Origin: Podarcis erhardii
Taxonomy: Eukaryota
NCBI GenBank assembly: GCA_964252035.1
Contig: OZ176213.1
Length of the DNA stretch: 64,000 nt
Strand: one strand, 5' to 3'
In this document: positions 1 through 11,019 of the stretch, in pieces
How positions within the stretch are numbered: position 1 is the stretch's first letter
How the letters are laid out: each line of letters starts with the position of its first letter
The notes under the pieces: generated by a model
The model's database searches: none
Told to the model about the DNA's origin: nothing
The model's input: only the letters and a program-made list of their open reading frames with translations
Position numbers and translations under genes: made by a program

Positions 1-111
1 GAAGCCAGATCCCACTTGCTGTTCGGGCTTCTGGGATTCAGAATTTTTTTTTTCTTGCGTCTTAGGTGCGTCTTATCGTCTGGTGCATCCTATAGAGCGA
101 AAAATAGAGTA
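1..111. mobile_element. End of a Tc1/mariner (Tigger-like) non-autonomous element
   Basis: ggtgcgtcttat...catcctatagagcgaaaaatagagta resembles the terminal repeat of a common lizard TcMar MITE (recalled). Confidence 0.45.
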
Positions 112-169
112 CACTTAGAACATAAAACAGCTCACCCATTACCTCCACTGCCATCCCCGTAGTCCTTGG

Positions 170-556
170 TCAGATAAGCTCCATCTTGAACTGGCTGAAG
201 CTTGGCAAGGGTGGCGAGGGGTCAGCCACGTTGTAAGGAGTACAGGAGGCATGGGCAGGGACCGCCCCATGGCCAACAGTGGAGCTGAGCTGCTGCAGCG
301 TCATGAGAAGCTCCTGTTGGAAGCGCTGCTGCTGCTCCTGTTGGCGTTCCAGTCGGCACTGGCGCTCCAGCACCATATGCACAGCCTGCGCAAGCTTCTG
401 GACCTCAGTGTGCACTGTGTCCAGTTTCTCTGCAAGTGGCTGAGGGTTGGCAGCAGGGACCAAGGAGGTAGTCATCTGAGCTCCCCACTGAGGATTCTGA
501 TGAACTGGAGGGTAGGTGGGGTTAAATGTACAAGTCTGAGTACTGGCATCTTTAGT
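170..556 (-). CDS. HTH/coiled-coil gene, coding exon 4 (TKDASTQT...FKMELI*)
   Basis: Acceptor ccctcccctttctag|ACT; frame open from 556 to the stop at 170; extends the supplied ORF 170..475. Confidence 0.8.
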   Translation of the reverse strand, partial: TKDASTQTCTFNPTYPPVHQNPQWGAQMTTSLVPAANPQPLAEKLDTVHTEVQKLAQAVHMVLERQCRLERQQEQQQRFQQELLMTLQQLSSTVGHGAVPAHASCTPYNVADPSPPLPSFSQFKMELI

Positions 557-3500
557 CTAGAAAGGGGAGGGGGAATCCAAAAAAGAAGAAGAAATGGCGT
601 GTTAAGTTGTGGGTGAACATATCAGACGACACAGCGATTCTTCAAACAGCTCTTGTTTATTCACAGGCCAGGACAGAACTGAACTGAAGGGCTCAGTCAG
701 CCTGCTTATATAGAGCTCCAGTACCACGTTACTGTAACAACTTTCTAAAACTTTCCAATCATTGAACGTCACTTTCGATCCTTCATTTGCATAACTATCT
801 ACAGTATCCCCCTGCTGGGCCAGGGTGTGAACTTCAGTACATAACACGGCAGGATCACCAAATAGTTATTCTCTTCTTCAATTAAAGACTCTAGCTCAGG
901 AGTCACAAACATCACAGGTGCCAGGATGCCTCCTGTGGCATTTGCAGCAGGTCTTCATAAATATCCCCTCTGAAATCCACCAAACACCAGGGATTGTTAG
1001 CTCTTCCTGCTCAATTCCTTGCACCGTCTCAGCTTCTCCTACTTTGAACATGCCCCCTTAAAACATGTCAATATTTCATTGGGTTGGCATCTTACCCTCT
1101 GTTCAGAGGAGAGGTGCAAAGAGGTTCTCTCTGCGAGTGAGCATGGTGGTGGCTGATGTAGCTGCCTTCCCCCCCCCCTTGTTGCGAGGGGAGAGGGAGA
1201 GCACGCCCACACCATTTTGTGGCCCTGTCTCTGTCTCTTCCCTTTCAGATGATGTGGCAATTACCCCATGCCCTCAAGGCAGCCATTTTGTAACTGATGC
1301 CCATGGCACTTTCTCAAAATTCCAAGCATTCCCCAAAAGGTCAGTGGCCCCCTGCCCTAACTCTTCTCCAACTGGGTTCTGAAGTTCTTACAGACTCTCT
1401 TACCACCTCAATGTGCACAATCCTTCAACTCCCACCCCCGCCCCCCAAAAAACAATGAACCACCTTTTGCTTGGGAGCCTTTTCTCTTTCTGACATGCAT
1501 CGCTATTAAAGCATGCAAACTCCGCATCACTTACGTCTGCAGAGCAGCCAGAAGATGCCATCGGGACAGGAGTTGTCCCCCTGGAAGGATGGCCAGTTGG
1601 CTGCACCCTCACCATGAAGGGCAAACTGGGTGTAGAACCAGATGAATTCTGCCCATTCTGTACATTTGCCTAACGGACAAGGGAGAAGACTCAGTTTCAG
1701 CTTAAGAACTGTACTTCCAGAATATGAAAAAAGTGCAGGTGGGAACATTCATTCAGTTCAAGGGCCACATTCCGTTCTGGGAGCGAACTACATCCCAGCC
1801 ATGCAAAAGGCAAGAGGGTCGTCTCCAGTCACTTTCAATATGTCTACTCTGAGTAATACTTGGCTAGATACAATGCAGACGTTTGGCACTCATGCAGCAC
1901 TTCTATCCATCCTGCATCCACCCTGTGTATATTTTGCTCTAGGAGGCTTGGTCTGGTCACAATCGAGTATACAACTTCCAAAGTTAACACTAAATACATT
2001 ATTTCTGAATAAATTTAAAAAAATTAAAATTTGTTCAGTAGCACCTTAGAGACCAACTAAGTTTGTTCTGGGTATAAGCTTTCATGTGCATGCACACTTT
2101 GACTGCATCAGACCAACACGGCTATCTACATTATTTCTGCTAAATGAGCCACCATAACCACTAGAGGGCCATGAAAATTTGTGTCCCGGGCTTTTTAGAC
2201 TGGTCTACCCATGCGCTATCTGAATCCAAAGGGAAAAAATCAGCTCTCATACCCCACTGAAGGACACCAGACCCATCCTTTCTAATGCTCTAGGGGTTGC
2301 ATGAAACTACTCAAGAATAATAGGGCTAACTTGGGATTCTATTCTGGGCTTCCAATCATTTCTGTCTGTCTCTCCCTCCCTCTCTCTGTGTGCCTTTCCC
2401 ACCTTTTTCTGGAGATGAATGGCCCGGCCTACGATCTTCCTTTTCACAATCAAGGCAGGATTCCGGGCAGGTGGCAGAAAGGCCTTCCCTTTGCCATTCA
2501 GATTATGCTGAGGAATTGCAGGTGCAAATGGAGTCAAGCAGCTAGGCGACACAGGTTTTGGCCCTGGGCAGTTGTCACCTGGAAGAGAAAAAGAGAAAGA
2601 AGTGAAGGTGCCTCAGTGTCATCCCAACAGAGAAAAGCAGGGTAGCAAACTAATATGGTGCCTCCCAGATGTGCTGATGGGGACACATGCCAGGAATGTG
2701 TGATACCATTGCTAAACATCTGCACTGGCTGCTCATCTGCTGCCAAGCCAGGATTAGGGTCCTTGTATTGATTTACAAAGCCCTGAACAACTTAGGTCCA
2801 GGGTACCTTAGGGATGGCCTGAACCCTTAGATTGATCACTGAGATCATCTGCAGGTGTGTTGATAGCTGTCCCCCAAGTTGGTGAGGCTCATTTGACATC
2901 AACACGAAACAGAGCCTTCAGTGTTATTGTCAGCCCAGTGCTATGGAATACTCTGTCCATGGAGACTTGGCAGCTGCCTTCTGTTTCAACCTTTAAACAC
3001 CTGAAAACTTTTATCTTCCTCCAAGCCTATGCAGACAATTAAGAATGCATCTTCCCATAATTGTTAATTGATTCATTTATTTTTAATGTGTTCCTTAGTG
3101 CTGTCAATCGCCTTTGAACTCTCCATCAGTGCTTCTTAGCCGATAGGCACTGACAGGAAGCCCCACTTGCAAAGAAATTTGCAGCAAAGTCTGTACCTGC
3201 CCAACACCAATGTTCACATACAAGTGTGGGGCAAGTGGGAGCAGTTTCTGAGGAACAGCCTCATGGGCCAAATTGGGACATGTGCCAGGACGAATTAGGC
3301 CCATGGGTTTGGTGCCTTAAGGCCCATGGGTTTGCTGCCTTAAGCCCTGGCCATTAAGGGCTTCATAGGTCACACGGCACTCAGAACCAAAATAGAAGCT
3401 ATTACCCCTTAGAAGTGCTCAGTGGCGTAGCGTGGGGGGTGCAGGGGGGGCCGGCCGCACCGGGCGCAACATCTGGGGTTAGGGCAAATCCACGGGTTAG

Positions 3501-4264
3501 GGGGCGCAAATCCACGGGTTAGGGGGCGCAAATCCACGGGTTAGGGGGCGCAAATTACTTGCCTTGCCCCGGGTGCTGACAACCCACGCTACGCCACTGG
3601 AAGTGCTACTAAACCGTCACTCACCCTCCAGCCCAGAAACCCATAGAAAGTGGACCCCTGACAGCCTGCACTTGCAGAGGGTGGTTGCTGTGAGCAAAGG
3701 TTGTGGGAGTTTTCTTAAACAGGCCTCAAGCAGAAGCCAGCAGCACATGTGAACAAGGAGGCTGTGCAAAGCTTTACCCATATTCTGGCCCAGCTGAGAT
3801 CCGCTGGAGAGGCCCTCATGGGAGGCACTCTGCTTCCCAAACGGCCCTCCATCCTTGCTCAAGGAAGTCACGCTAATTATTTTGATGTGCTCCTCGCCAT
3901 CACAATGGCCGTTACAAGGCGGCACCTCATAGCTTGGGCCAACTCCTGCCACAGAGCCAGCAGGTTCTCTCTGCCCATGGCGCTCAGTCTCGTTTTCCTG
4001 CAGTAACTTCCAGAGCTGGTTGTCCTCCCAGCCAGCTTGGTCCACAAGAGTCTTCCTGCTTCCATTCTCGAGAGCAGGTTGCAGAAAAGAGACAGGTGGG
4101 GGCTGGCTGGGCTCAACATTCTTGCGCTTAAGGAACAGGTAGATGGCTTGCGGGGTGACCCGGATGTTGTCCAGCTCCAGCACCTTTTTGATCTTGCGGA
4201 AACTCAAGCCGGCTTTGCGCAGCTCCACAATCCGTTTCTTGGCATGGTCGTCTAAGCGACCCAT
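170..4264 (-). CDS. Uncharacterised HTH / coiled-coil protein, 394 aa, join(complement 3778-4264, 2403-2578, 1535-1669, 170-556)
   Basis: ATG at 4264 lies in a perfect Kozak context (CCACCATGG). All three introns are GT-AG with pyrimidine-rich acceptors. Phases 1/0/0 join into one open frame of 162+59+45+128 codons. N-terminus MGRLDDHAKKRIVELRKAGLSFRKIKKVL...VTPQAIYLFLKRK is HTH-like; the C-terminus has heptad repeats. Confidence 0.8.
1535..1669 (-). CDS. HTH/coiled-coil gene, coding exon 3 (ANVQNG...GCSAD)
   Basis: Acceptor ttctcccttgtccgttag|, donor |GTAAGT, 135 nt, phase 0-0. Confidence 0.75.
2030..2129. mobile_element. Penelope-like element fragment
   Basis: agtagcaccttagagaccaactaagtttgttctgggtataagctttc...gaccaacacggcta; same family as the copies at 19306 and 27157. 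Confidence 0.6.
2403..2578 (-). CDS. HTH/coiled-coil gene, coding exon 2 (GDNCPGP...RNPALIVKRKIVGRAIHLQKK)
   Basis: Acceptor ttctttctctttttctcttccag|, donor AAG|GTGGGA, 176 nt, phase 1-0. Confidence 0.75.
2760..3060 (+). mobile_element. L2-clade LINE 3' fragment
   Basis: ORF 2857..3042 RAFSVIVSPVLWNTL...STFKHLKTFIF resembles the L2 ORF2 C-terminus (RAFS..AP.LWN.LP...FK..LKT.LF). Confidence 0.6.
3420..3599. mobile_element. hAT-type MITE with internal 22-bp tandem repeat
   Basis: TIRs cagtggcgtagcgtggg / cccacgctacgccactg; 8-bp TSD gaagtgct at 3412-3419 and 3600-3607; internal repeat gggttagggggcgcaaatccac about 3 times. Confidence 0.85.
3778..4264 (-). CDS. HTH/coiled-coil gene, coding exon 1 (HTH domain)
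   Basis: Start of ORF 3617..4264 with strong Kozak; donor G|GTAAAG at 3777. Confidence 0.85.
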
Positions 4265-5599
4265 GGTGGGGCCAAGGACTTTGGCCTCTTCCTTTAGTCA
4301 AATGGACAGTGGCTACATTCCAGAAGAATACGCCGTTTTCAAGGTAGGGTACGTTAACAGCCAACAGAGACCTTGATGTGGACGCTGCTAGATTAGCAGG
4401 TCAAACAGGCAAAATGGTACTGGGGAAACAACCAGTGTTTCTTCCAAGGTCAAATGGTCACAAAGACTGTTGCACCATCCTATAGAAAGCCACTGCAAAA
4501 GTTAAATCCATTCTGAAATCCAGCAGCGATCACCAGCTCCTGAGCTGGCCAATGGTCTTTTCCATGGAACAAACACTTGTGTATTTTTGGATTTATATCT
4601 CCCCTTCAGAAGATGGGCAGGGAGTTAAAATATGTATATCCTTTTCTGTAGCAAAGGAAGACTCCAATAATGCTTGTGCAGGAGTTAAAAGCATCAGTCT
4701 AACCCTGTCCACTCAATGCCCACACAAGAAGAGAAGCCATGCTGGGGAAATCCCTCTCTGATTTCTTGCAGTTTTCTGTTTCTTAAGCAGAACTTTGGGC
4801 TGGAAGAGAAAAGAAGAAAAAACAACAACAACCAAGGATAGAATAAAATTATTCTCATTAAGAAAGAAAGAGAGAATAGGGCTCTATCTGGTGGATGCTT
4901 CTGAACACCTAAATGGACCATCTGGCTGAGGATTAGGCAGCGTTCTAACTTCAGGTTTCCCCTATGATCACACAAACCAGGGTAGCTACCCTGTGGCCTT
5001 CCAGGTGGTGTTGGAGCACAACTCCCATCATCCCCAGCTGTTGGCCATGCTGGTGAAGCCGATGGGAGTTGGGAGCCCAATGACACTGGTCTTATTGCGT
5101 ACATTTGTTTCTAACATCTGTTGATTTTAACGATAATTTGGTCATTTTATTATGTCTGCTGTTTTCGTTGCTATTTTATACCATTTTATGGAAAGTACTT
5201 AAGGATTTTATTGCAAACTAAGTGAATATAAATGCTGCTAAATAAATAAATGCCTCTGGAGGGCCACACTGTTAGCCAGCCCCACAGAACTTAAACAAAT
5301 TCCAAGGACAAAGCAAGTTAAAGTGACAGTATTACAGGATAAGCAGCTGTGCACTTATCAAAAGCACTGTGAATTGTTTACTGTAGCAGGGCCTGGGGGC
5401 TCAGATGGCAGCAAAGTAAAATCAAGCAAGGTTGACCACCAAGTGGAACAGAGGCATGCTCTGCCAGAGATCTTGACACCCCAGTTCGGGGGACGGGGAC
5501 GGGACTTTTCTTAAACTAAGGGCCTCATTCCCATCTGGGCAGGGGCTTCAGAAGCGGGCAGAGCAATGGATGCAGATTTTACCTTTGCAGAGTAGACTA

Positions 5600-5911
5600 C
5601 AGTGGTGCCTCGCAAGACGAAAAGAATCCGTTCCGCGAGTCTCTTCGTCTAGCGGTTTTTTCATCTTGCGAAGCAAGCCCATTGACGGCTTAGCGGATTA
5701 GTGCTATTAGCGGCTTTTAGCGGCTTAGCGGATAAGTGGCTTAGCGGCTTAGAAAAAGGGGGGGGAAGGGGGGGAAACCAGCAGGAACTCGCAAGACATT
5801 TTCGTCTTGCGAAGCAAGCCCATAGGAAATTCGTTTTGCGAAGCACCCCCAAAGCCTTTCGTCTAGCGGGTTTTCCGTCTTGCGAGGCATTTGTCTTGCG
5901 GGGCACCACTG
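5600..5911. mobile_element. Tc1/mariner (pogo/Tigger-like) MITE, copy 1
   Basis: TA flanks at both ends; TIR CAGTGGTGCCTCGCAAGAC.../...GTCTTGCGGGGCACCACTG. Confidence 0.85.
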
Positions 5912-6296
5912 TAGTTTCTACAGCCAGCCCTCCTCTATTTTTCATCCAGCCAACAAGAAGCAGTATCAGAGATTATGGACACATTCCAGCCAGGAAAAAA
6001 CAACAACCCAAAACACTCCAAGACAGCTAGGAACAAAGTAGGGTTGGTGAGAGGTATGGCCAGAGGAAGGTATATGGGGCCACACAGAGAGGCCTGGAGG
6101 GCCACATTTCCCTCATTGCTTAATAACATCCTACACACCATTTCTAGAGCATTTTGTCTACGTAGAGTCTTCAGAAACAAAGCCTTGCTTCTATGGTTCT
6201 CTGCCCTGTTAGGAGGGCATTCAAGGAAATGTGTGAATTGTTACTCATGTTGCCACAACAAGCTTTCAAAGTTAGAGAATGTTTTGAAATTCAAGG

Positions 6297-6297
<1 letters not shown>

Positions 6298-6328
<31 letters not shown>
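6298..6328. repeat. (CA)n microsatellite
   Basis: Direct reading. Confidence 0.9.
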
Positions 6329-6331
<3 letters not shown>

Positions 6332-8215
6332 CTAGTGAGCCAAAGAAGGTTTTTTTTACAGATGATGCCACAGCAACGATGCACTTTTGTAGGCCAAAAG
6401 CCAGGCCTGTACAGACACATTTCAAACAGTACACATTGTACAGAATTCATGGGTTATTTGCCCTAGAAGTGAATTGTGATGTTGCAAGGATCTCTTTTGA
6501 ACAGATTCATGACAGTGGGAGTATTTCCACAGGATCAGAGTCCACCTAATTACACATCATTACAACCTTTCAGAGAAGCTTTAACCTAAAGACAATGCTG
6601 GTTATCCCAAGGAAAGAAAGCAAAATACAATCTGAGCTCTTTGACTTACAATTTAGAGGAGGTACAGAAGTTTTCCCTTTACAATGAAGGTTTAAGGGTT
6701 GAGAGAGAAGTCTAGGGGTTCACAGCTGCCTGGAAGCTTCCACCTGGGCTTACTGTGTTATTTTAGGTAGACTAAAATCTATAAAGGCCAATACCATTTT
6801 CTCCTGTAATAAGCACTAACAATAGATATGTTTCATTATCCAAATGTAATAAATGTCTCCAGCCCAGGGAAAGTAGACTATCAATTTTTGATAGTAGTTA
6901 AAACCCTAACCCTGTGGGCATGTCCAGTGATATTTTCTTTTTGGTCCAAAGATGTTATTCTTATCAATTTTGCACTGGCAAAATCCTAGAAATTTGCAGA
7001 TGTTCATGTACTTTTAAATTATATTTCTATTGTATGCTGCTTAATGGCAGAACAACAATAATAGATTTTACATGTCCTAATGGTCACTAAAAGCCTGGAA
7101 CAATAAAAATGCACCATCTACTGTTCAGTGGTCTGATGACCTTAAAGTCCTTGCAACATTTGAGTGCACTTTCTATGAACACCAAGTTCATTTGAAGACA
7201 TATTAGGACATCTAGATGGCACATATTGATCTATATGTACAAACTAAGATGACTGTATTGATGTTTAAATGTATTATTAATGGCAGCTTTTTTCTATTTT
7301 CCTTTACACCCTAGATTAGGATGAACAAGCAGCTAAAGCCCTTATAATGTTCAAACCATTGCCTAGCTAAGTGGAATGTTACCAGGAGACATAATATTCC
7401 TTTACTAACTGCAGTGGGTTGGCTTGTTAAACACAGCAGTTAAGATACTACACTAAGAAAACAGAAGATTTTACTGTTAGGCAACACTTATTAAAGAGTT
7501 ATACAACATATAAGAAGGTACACTTAGAATCCCTGAAGCTGTCATTTGTTAGTATAACCCACAATCCTATTTCTCCTAAACTGGCTTCTTGCCCAAGGGT
7601 ACATAATCATCAGGGATTACAGGTTCTGGTGCATTACTTACCTTGAAAGCTAAGAAAAATCTGTTGAAGGAACTGTATGATCTGTATGTCTTCCTATATT
7701 TTAATAATCAAGCCTAACTAAAAGGTCACAATGAGGTGTATAAAATATTTTGAGTTCATCAAAGCTCCTCACCAAGCCGAATGTGAAGCAAAATAAATAA
7801 AGAGTGGGCAGGAAGAGGTTGTTAGGGTTTTAGGCTGCAATCCTTAAACATGTCTAACCTGGAAGAAGGTCCCATTTAACTCAGAGGGAGATATTTCTGA
7901 GTAGACATACGGTACCTAGGATTACATTAACACACTGCCCAGGCTTGCGCCTAGTGCAGTGGTTTGGCTTCACCCCAGGAGGTACCTCCATTCTCTTTTG
8001 GGACAGACAGATGCCAACAAAAATAAATGTACGTATTCCGTTTTCTACTGCAGCTGGCATGCAAGTTACATAAGTAAGACTGAATGTGTGTGTGCTTTAT
8101 TTTCCAGCCAGGTGAAAAATTGTGTTATTTCTGTTTCTATTTATACCCCGACATTCAAGTTTGAATCTTTCCAAGAGAGCTCTCTTTTATTACTTGGGAT
8201 TGTAAACTAAGAAGA

Positions 8216-8312
8216 GTTAACTGCACAATCTTATGCATGCCCAGTCAAAAGTAAACCCCGTCGAGTTCAATGGGGCTTACATCAGGTAAGCAGACAAGAG
8301 AATTATAGCCTA
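8216..8312. mobile_element. Short palindromic MITE-like repeat (aagtaaacccc..ttcaatggggcttac family); related copies near 7830-7930, 22690-22740, 22975-23060, 42625-42710
   Basis: Recurrent imperfect palindrome gcaatc...ccccattgagttcaatggggcttac...gattgcagcc. Confidence 0.45.
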
Positions 8313-8439
8313 AAAGGTTTTGATTAATTCGGGGGAAACTTCCTCGCTCCTTTATAGATGTTTATTACTAACATTAGCATTGATACCAAAAGGTATTACC
8401 CGGGGGTTCCTTTTAGTTTGTTTGGTGATGGACAAAACA

Positions 8440-9070
8440 ACAACAACAAAAACCTAGCCGCGATTTCTGCACAATTTAATAACAAACGACGAGAGCAATG
8501 AGACAAACCTGCTAAAATACAAAGCGCCCTTCACCAAATCTTGACCGAAGAGGCGATCTCCATGGCAGCCAGGTGTGCAAAGCTAGCCCCTGCACGCTTA
8601 AACATATGTTACTCCCACGCGAATCTCATTCCCTAAATTGGTGCAAAGTTGCAATCTTCATAGCCTCCTTCTGTTCAAAACTGTTCCGGCTGCTTCATAA
8701 AGGATCGCGCTGCTGAGAGGAGAAACGCCGCTCCGCCAACTCAAATGCTCTTTTTGCACCTCTCTAACCCCAAGTGCTTCGGTTCTGCACAGCCTGGACT
8801 AAGCAGCAGCAACGCTCCAAACTTACGCCGCCCTTCTCCCCAACTTTGCACAGTCCCGGGGCTGCTGACGAGGCTTCAGCAGCTGTTCGAAAAGCTACAG
8901 CCTTCTTTGTTTGATTGGGGGAAAGCCAAACTTCTCAAAGCCTGCTGGGAACAAGGTTTGTGTACTAGGAGGAGCTCCGCTGTAACCCTTTCAGGGAAAG
9001 GGGTCAAGGGAAGAAGCAGCTTAATTAACCCTTGCAGGAGAAGAGCCGCCTTCCTTCCAAGGTTTATGTA
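8440..9070 (-). promoter_or_regulatory. CpG-enriched segment; candidate promoter/non-coding first exon of the HTH gene
   Basis: Visibly more CpG than the flanks; minus-strand donor GGC|GTAAGT at 8826-8821. Confidence 0.35.
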
Positions 9071-9114
9071 GGATAAACGTTTGCTAATGTTTGTTTGTTA
9101 GGCAAGTCTCCCCT

Positions 9115-9432
9115 TACATTTTCCCAATAGTGATGTATGGAAGTGAAAGCTGGACCATAAAGATGGTTGATCGCAGAAGAATTGATGCTTTTGAATTATG
9201 GTGTTGGAGGAGACTCTTGAGAGTCCCATGGACTGCAAGAAGATCAAACCTCTCCATTCTTAAGGAAATCAGCCCTGAGTGCTCACTGGAAGGACAGATC
9301 GTGAAGCTGAGGCTCCAATACTTTGGCCACCTCATGAGAAGAGAAGACTCCCTGGAAAAGACCCTGATGTTGGGAAAGATGGAGGGCACAAGGAAAAGGG
9401 GACGACAGAGGATGAGATGGTTGGACAGTGCT
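9115..9432 (+). mobile_element. RTE-BovB LINE, 3' ORF fragment
   Basis: Translation FPIVMYGSESWTIK..DRRRIDAFELWCWRRLLRVPWTARRSNLSILKEISPECSLEG..LQYFGHLMRREDSLEKTLMLGK is the characteristic BovB C-terminus. Confidence 0.9.
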
Positions 9433-11019
9433 AAAGTTAACTATCAGCTTCTACTCCTCAGCATTAACCCATGCTTACTCTACTCAGACCTCTGCCATTT
9501 TTTAAAACAGTTTCCTCCAATCTTGCAGCATCTGACATGGTTTTAAACCACCATCCCCGCCTCCCTATTAGTGGCCCTCCCTTCTCTCTTTTCCATGCCC
9601 TGGCCACTGCTGTTTACTTTTGCTTCCCTATCCTGTCCTGACAAGATAGAAATCCTGGATTGTGATGCAGCACTACAAACCCTCCCACGGGGTCTCTGTG
9701 ACTGCACTACATTCTTAAATATTTATTACAGTACATGCTTGCCAGACATTTGAGGCCCTTGAGCATATTTGTAAACCACAGCTAGGCATTGTGCCACCTA
9801 GGCATTGTGCCACCTGCTATGATAGAATGCTTCCTTCAAACCTATTTTCAGCTGGTGGGGGTACCCTACGGGCACAAATGTGCCTGCAGCTGAGACATTG
9901 ATGACCTTTAAGTGATTATAACATTTTACATTTAATAAATAAATATGGTCGGTTCCAAACAAAATTAGCTGAACTTGTGTCCCATTGAAATTAGTCAAAC
10001 AAGTTTGTCATGATTTAACTCAATTCCCACTGAAATCTATGGGAATTTAGACTGCCATTCTAATTCTACTGGGAGAAAGTCTCACTAAATTAAATAGAAC
10101 TTACTCCCAAGTAGATATGGTCAGAATTACACTATAAATTGAACGAAGTCTAGATACAGTACATCCCACAATGAGGCGTGTGGTGGTTGCTTTGTTTTAT
10201 AGCTGGTAAGTAGATTTAGTTTGTTGTACTGGACATTAGTCATGTCATGTCATTAAACTAACATATTCACAGGTAGCTGTGTTGGTTAGCTACCTATAAA
10301 GAAAAAAACCTCTAGAAATAACAGTGGTGTAATAACTTTTTTGGAACAAACTAAAAGTCATAATACATAAATAGGTTATGTGTCTATCTGTACAACCTGC
10401 CAACTAAAGATAGCATTTCATATATTTTATGAAGTTGACCCTACTCCATGAAAGCTCACACCAGAGTAAACACTGTTTGCCACATGCCTCTTTTATTTTG
10501 CTGTTTTAATCCTTGCCTGCCTGCCACACAGCTGCTTATTGATTACATTTTATCCTAACCTTCCTCCAAGGAATGCAGGGCATTTATGAAGTATCCTATT
10601 TTATCCATGCAACAGCCTTGTGTGGTAGGTTAGGCGCTGCCTACCGAACCTCACAGGGTTTGTGCAAGGATAAAACTGGTAAGGGAGAAAACAATGCATG
10701 CCACCTTGAGCTCCTTGCAGGAAGAATAACGACATTAAAGGGATCTGGACAGGCTCTAAGCAGTCTCCTTTAGCCTCCCGTGCCAGGGGTCTCAGCAGGC
10801 CTTCCCATTTGAGTTTATTAAAATGTTTAATGTCCAAAGTGCTAGGCATTTGGAAAAAAATCCTACACGAGCTAATAATTCTTTCAACTTCCATTTCCCC
10901 TTTCCATTATCATGTTTTAAGAACACCTAAGTGGGTTGTTGTTGGGTTCTCCCCACCCTCCTAAAAAACCTTCTTTTTTATCTCCATGGGGCCTTAAACT
11001 ACCACAACAAAAAGGGTTG

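Noticed and set aside
602-1382. ORFs between exons 3 and 4 of the unnamed gene, considered as extra exons
   Set aside because: No convincing acceptor/donor pair in phase; exons 3 and 4 already join in frame.
3460-3560. Tandem 22-bp repeats considered as CRISPR-like or an interstitial telomere
   Set aside because: No unique spacers, a eukaryotic context and only isolated TTAGGG hexamers; explained as the interior of a hAT MITE.
5975-6549. 163-aa and 118-aa plus-strand ORFs with HT repeats
   Set aside because: The HTHTHT run is a translated (CA)n microsatellite; no domain, start context or splice support.
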